Assembly: GCA_052346825.1 (NCBI GenBank) | Contig: DAWDUP010000003.1 | Span: forward strand, 9,055-38,286 | Direction: 5' to 3' | Origin: Candidatus Fimivicinus sp. | GTDB lineage: Bacteria; Bacillota; Clostridia; Oscillospirales; Acutalibacteraceae | DNA length: 29,232 nucleotides | Shown: one piece after another, positions 26,215 through 29,232 of the stretch | Layout of the letters: each line of letters starts with the position of its first letter | Numbering within the stretch: the first letter of the stretch is position 1 | Translations under genes and position numbers: made by a program | Notes under the pieces: generated by a model | What the model was told of the DNA's origin: nothing | The model's database searches: none | The model's input: the letters and a program-made list of their open reading frames with translations, nothing else

Positions 26215-26397
26215 TGCAAATCCTCCTTCTCCACTGCCGCACAGGGCGCGGACGGATAAAACTTCTACAAAAAACTTTACCACAATTATATCGCGAAAAG
26301 AAAGGCTTTGATGAATATTTTTTAAATTTTTAACAGCTCTGAGAAAAGAAAAGGGGCTGTTACCAGGCGCATTCATATATAGACCAGCCGGAAAAAG

Positions 26398-26434
26398 ACA
26401 AAATGCGAGCCGTAATGGGTGGCTCGCATTTTGT
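26398..26434. terminator. Terminator downstream of the surface-protein gene
   Basis: ACAAAATGCGAGCC-N9-GGCTCGCATTTTGT with T-rich flanks. Confidence 0.8.
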
Positions 26435-26472
26435 TTTTCAAGGGCGCCCGCGCCCTTATGATCGGTTACCGG

Positions 26473-28233
26473 TTAAAAACGGTTTTTCGGCTTTTTGGGC
26501 TTTTTCACTTTTGGCCGTTTGCCCGGATGGAGAAGCTCGGGCTTCTTTTTATAGATGATAATCACCACCACGGCAATTAGGACAGCGCAGATGGGAAGCA
26601 CAATGCTTACCACTTTCTTCCACACCTTGCTGTCCCTTGCACCGGTATTGGCCGATACGTCTGCCGTGGTCCCCTCCATGCTGTCGTCATCGAGGACGGC
26701 CAGGCCATCATTGAGGCCGATGACATTGCCGTTTTCGTCGGTAACGTATTCCGCGCCCTGCGGCAGGGCGTATTCTTCGCCGTTCTCATCGATGTAAATG
26801 AGCTCGCCATCCGGGGTCACCATGGATTCCAGCTTCCCGGTGGGAATGTTATAGGAGGGTCGCTTGATCGGCGAGAGGGTCTTTCTGGTTTCGTCGGGCA
26901 GATCCTTACTGCCGTTAACGATCTTCACGGAGTATTTCATGGATTCCGTTTTTCCGTCCACCGTATTTGTCACCTGATAATTCAGCGTTGCGGATTGGCC
27001 GATCATGGAAAAATGGATTTCCGTAGCACTGCCGCTCTTAATCTCCTTACCGTTCACAGTGATTTTTGCACCATTTTTCAGCGCAGTGGCACGTACGCGC
27101 ACGTCGCTGACCTTGTAAGGAAGATTTGCGTGGTAATCGGAAATATCGCTGTAAAACTGATCCTCCAGTGGGAAGTAACCAAGGCTGAGCACCTCTTCCC
27201 AGGCCTGCTGTTTGGTATAGCTTTTGGTAATCTTGTCGCTGCCCTTTTCCTTGGCCATCTGGCGCAGAACCAGGCGGGGCACGTCGTTATTGGCGAGCGC
27301 CTCCTGCATATTCCAGGCGGCATCCATCGCGGGAATGTAGGGGATCGGAGCATTTTTCAGCTCGTAACGCTGGCTGAGCATGGCGGAGAGGTAAGCAAGG
27401 CCCAACTCCTCATCGGAAATATCGTCCGGATTTTTAATATCCGTCACCACGCCATTTTTGTAGAGCGGATATTTCATATCCACGATCAGGGTGCGGATGG
27501 TCATCAGCTTCAAAACCTTCTCATCCGGCATATCGGGGGATACCTGGATGCTGCCGTATTCCGGTTTTGACAAATTCCACTTTGCCACAGCAAGGACAAC
27601 CTCACGAATGGTCTTCATCCCTTCCGGAAGCACCAGGGATTCATCCTGCGCCTTCATCATAGCAGCCAGATACTGCACAAGCGCCTCCTCAAGCGGGGTG
27701 CCGGGCTTGATGGTCGGAACCACCATGTTATCCAACGAGGGATCTAGTTTATAAATTTTGTTTTTCATCAGGGCATAGAGCAGAGTGACATAGGTATCTG
27801 TGTTTTCATCGTCCTCCGGCGGCATGACGATCCCGTTCTCAACCAGCCAAGCGCGCATTTCCTCCTGCGTCGCATTCTCTGTGACGCCCATATATCTCAT
27901 AACGTCGTTGGCAAACCGCAGCGCAAGGATATATTGCTCATACCGCATATCCTCATCCATCGTATAGGTCTTGACCCAGTAGGAGATATCGCTTTCAAAC
28001 TCGCTCAGACTCTTATCGTGCCGGTAATTTGTCTGCGGCACCATCGTAGCGCTCTCAAATGCATAGTTTCCCTTATCATAAGTGACCATCAGACCCTGCA
28101 GCCAGGCGCTGCTTTCCGGTGTCGACTCAAACTGTTGCTCCACCTTGCCGGCATATGCGATCCATCCGGCGGTTAGGCAGCCGGCGGCCAAAACAGCGGC
28201 GAGCAGAAGGCTGAGTGCTTTTTTCATTTTCAT
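26473..28233 (-). CDS. Surface protein with a signal peptide, probable cadherin-like beta-sandwich domain and C-terminal TM anchor
   Basis: MKMKKALSLLLAAVLAAG signal peptide; FYSDISDYHANLPY..VRVRATA..AKITVNG..Y resembles a cadherin-like beta-sandwich; C-terminal TM and Lys-rich tail; RBS AAAGGAGTG. Confidence 0.75.
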   Translation of the reverse strand: MKMKKALSLLLAAVLAAGCLTAGWIAYAGKVEQQFESTPESSAWLQGLMVTYDKGNYAFESATMVPQTNYRHDKSLSEFESDISYWVKTYTMDEDMRYEQYILALRFANDVMRYMGVTENATQEEMRAWLVENGIVMPPEDDENTDTYVTLLYALMKNKIYKLDPSLDNMVVPTIKPGTPLEEALVQYLAAMMKAQDESLVLPEGMKTIREVVLAVAKWNLSKPEYGSIQVSPDMPDEKVLKLMTIRTLIVDMKYPLYKNGVVTDIKNPDDISDEELGLAYLSAMLSQRYELKNAPIPYIPAMDAAWNMQEALANNDVPRLVLRQMAKEKGSDKITKSYTKQQAWEEVLSLGYFPLEDQFYSDISDYHANLPYKVSDVRVRATALKNGAKITVNGKEIKSGSATEIHFSMIGQSATLNYQVTNTVDGKTESMKYSVKIVNGSKDLPDETRKTLSPIKRPSYNIPTGKLESMVTPDGELIYIDENGEEYALPQGAEYVTDENGNVIGLNDGLAVLDDDSMEGTTADVSANTGARDSKVWKKVVSIVLPICAVLIAVVVIIIYKKKPELLHPGKRPKVKKPKKPKNRF

Positions 28234-28297
28234 CGGAACACTCCTTTGCAGGCGCATCATGCCTGTTTACGACAATACTCCCATCAATACGGTATCC

Positions 28298-28326
28298 ATT
28301 TTAGTCGCTTGGAGAAGCAAAGTCAA
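28298..28326 (-). promoter_or_regulatory. SigA-type promoter for the surface-protein gene
   Basis: TTGACT, 17 bp, TAAAAT. Confidence 0.65.
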
Positions 28327-28379
28327 GGCAGGGGAAAAGATTCCCGACCATCTCCCCCTTTTTCAAGCGGATAGACAAG

Positions 28380-28400
28380 TGCCCCGCACACGGCGGGGCA
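28380..28400 (-). terminator. Hairpin downstream of leuD
   Basis: TGCCCCGC-N5-GCGGGGCA. Confidence 0.55.
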
Positions 28401-28422
28401 GTTCACAGAGATGATAGGCAGC

Positions 28423-28908
28423 TTATTTCTGGGCGATCGAGTTGAGTAAGCCGCCCTTTGCAATGATATTCTGGATAAAGGGCGGGAAGGATTCGGCCTG
28501 ATAGCTTTCTCCGGTCGTCAGATTGGTAATAACACCTGTGTCGAAGTCAACACTTACATCATCGCCATCGCGGATGCCGTCGCTCGCCTCGGGGGATTCG
28601 AGGATCGGCAGGCCGATATTGATGGCGTTGCGGTAAAAGATACGAGCGAAGCTCTTGGCGATGACACAGGAGATACCGGCCGTTTTGATGGCGATGGGCG
28701 CATGCTCGCGGGAGGAGCCGCAGCCAAAATTATTGTCCGCCACGATCAGGTCGCCCTGTTTTACCTTATGAATAAATTCCTTGTCAATGTCCTCCATGCA
28801 GTGCGCCGCGAGCTCCTGATGGTTGGCCGTGTTGAGATAGCGCGCCGGAATGATAACATCCGTATCGACGTTGCTGCCATATTTATGTACAAAGCCCTGT
28901 GCTTTCAT
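28423..28908 (-). CDS. leuD: 3-isopropylmalate dehydratase small subunit
   Basis: [53 protein letters not shown]. Confidence 0.92.
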   Translation of the reverse strand: MKAQGFVHKYGSNVDTDVIIPARYLNTANHQELAAHCMEDIDKEFIHKVKQGDLIVADNNFGCGSSREHAPIAIKTAGISCVIAKSFARIFYRNAINIGLPILESPEASDGIRDGDDVSVDFDTGVITNLTTGESYQAESFPPFIQNIIAKGGLLNSIAQK

Positions 28909-28938
28909 TGCTACGATCATCCTTTCTTTGATGAGGCG

Positions 28939-29232
28939 TTATATTTGGGCTGGATCAGCAATCCTGCCCGCGATGGCGCTTGCCGCCGCAACGGCGGGGG
29001 AGGCGAGATAGACCTCGCTGTCCACATGGCCCATGCGGCCAACAAAATTACGGTTGGTCGTGGAGACGGCACGCTCGCCTGCGGCCAGAATGCCCATATA
29101 GCCGCCCAGGCACGGCCCGCATGTCGGCGTGCTGACGATTGCGCCGGCCTCAATGAAGATTTCGGCCAGGCCTTCCTTGATGCACTGCAGGTAAACCTCC
29201 TGCGTGGCGGGACTCACGATAGCACGCCCGCC
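28939..29232 (-). CDS. leuC: 3-isopropylmalate dehydratase large subunit, C-terminal part (truncated by the window edge)
   Basis: [33 protein letters not shown]; directly upstream of leuD. Confidence 0.9.
   Translation of the reverse strand, partial: GGRAIVSPATQEVYLQCIKEGLAEIFIEAGAIVSTPTCGPCLGGYMGILAAGERAVSTTNRNFVGRMGHVDSEVYLASPAVAAASAIAGRIADPAQI

Noticed and set aside
1..29232. CRISPR arrays, tRNA, rRNA, tmRNA, RNase P RNA, SRP RNA
   Set aside because: No regularly spaced repeats or diagnostic conserved motifs found by eye.

Overview
A 29 kb stretch of mostly core chromosome from a spore-forming, fairly GC-rich Clostridia-like Firmicute (inferred from spoIID, darA-holB-ricT and perfect SigA-type promoters). 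Gene order: 5' end of an ABC transporter divergent from marR; a minus-strand run of citrate synthase, membrane protein, AEC transporter, queG, yaaO-type decarboxylase, darA, holB and ricT; spoIID convergent with an orphan ECF sigma factor; cadC-cadA; proB-proA; a hypothetical protein; nadA-nadB-nadC divergent from hflX; an OmpR-family two-component system with htrA; a large surface protein; leuC (3' end) and leuD. No intact mobile element, CRISPR array, tRNA or rRNA was seen. The clearest anomaly is an in-frame amber (TAG) codon at 16144-16146 in an otherwise intact proA, replacing the Lys of the conserved ISTQKLHARGP motif. It could be a fresh nonsense mutation, a sequencing error or amber read-through. 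Other candidates: a structured intergenic locus at about 17270-17450 with an RBS-led 14-aa hydrophobic ORF and a probable minus-strand RNA; a structured proBA leader; a shared 16-bp OmpR-like site at three promoters; a possible ATT start codon; and a small dispersed palindromic repeat family.
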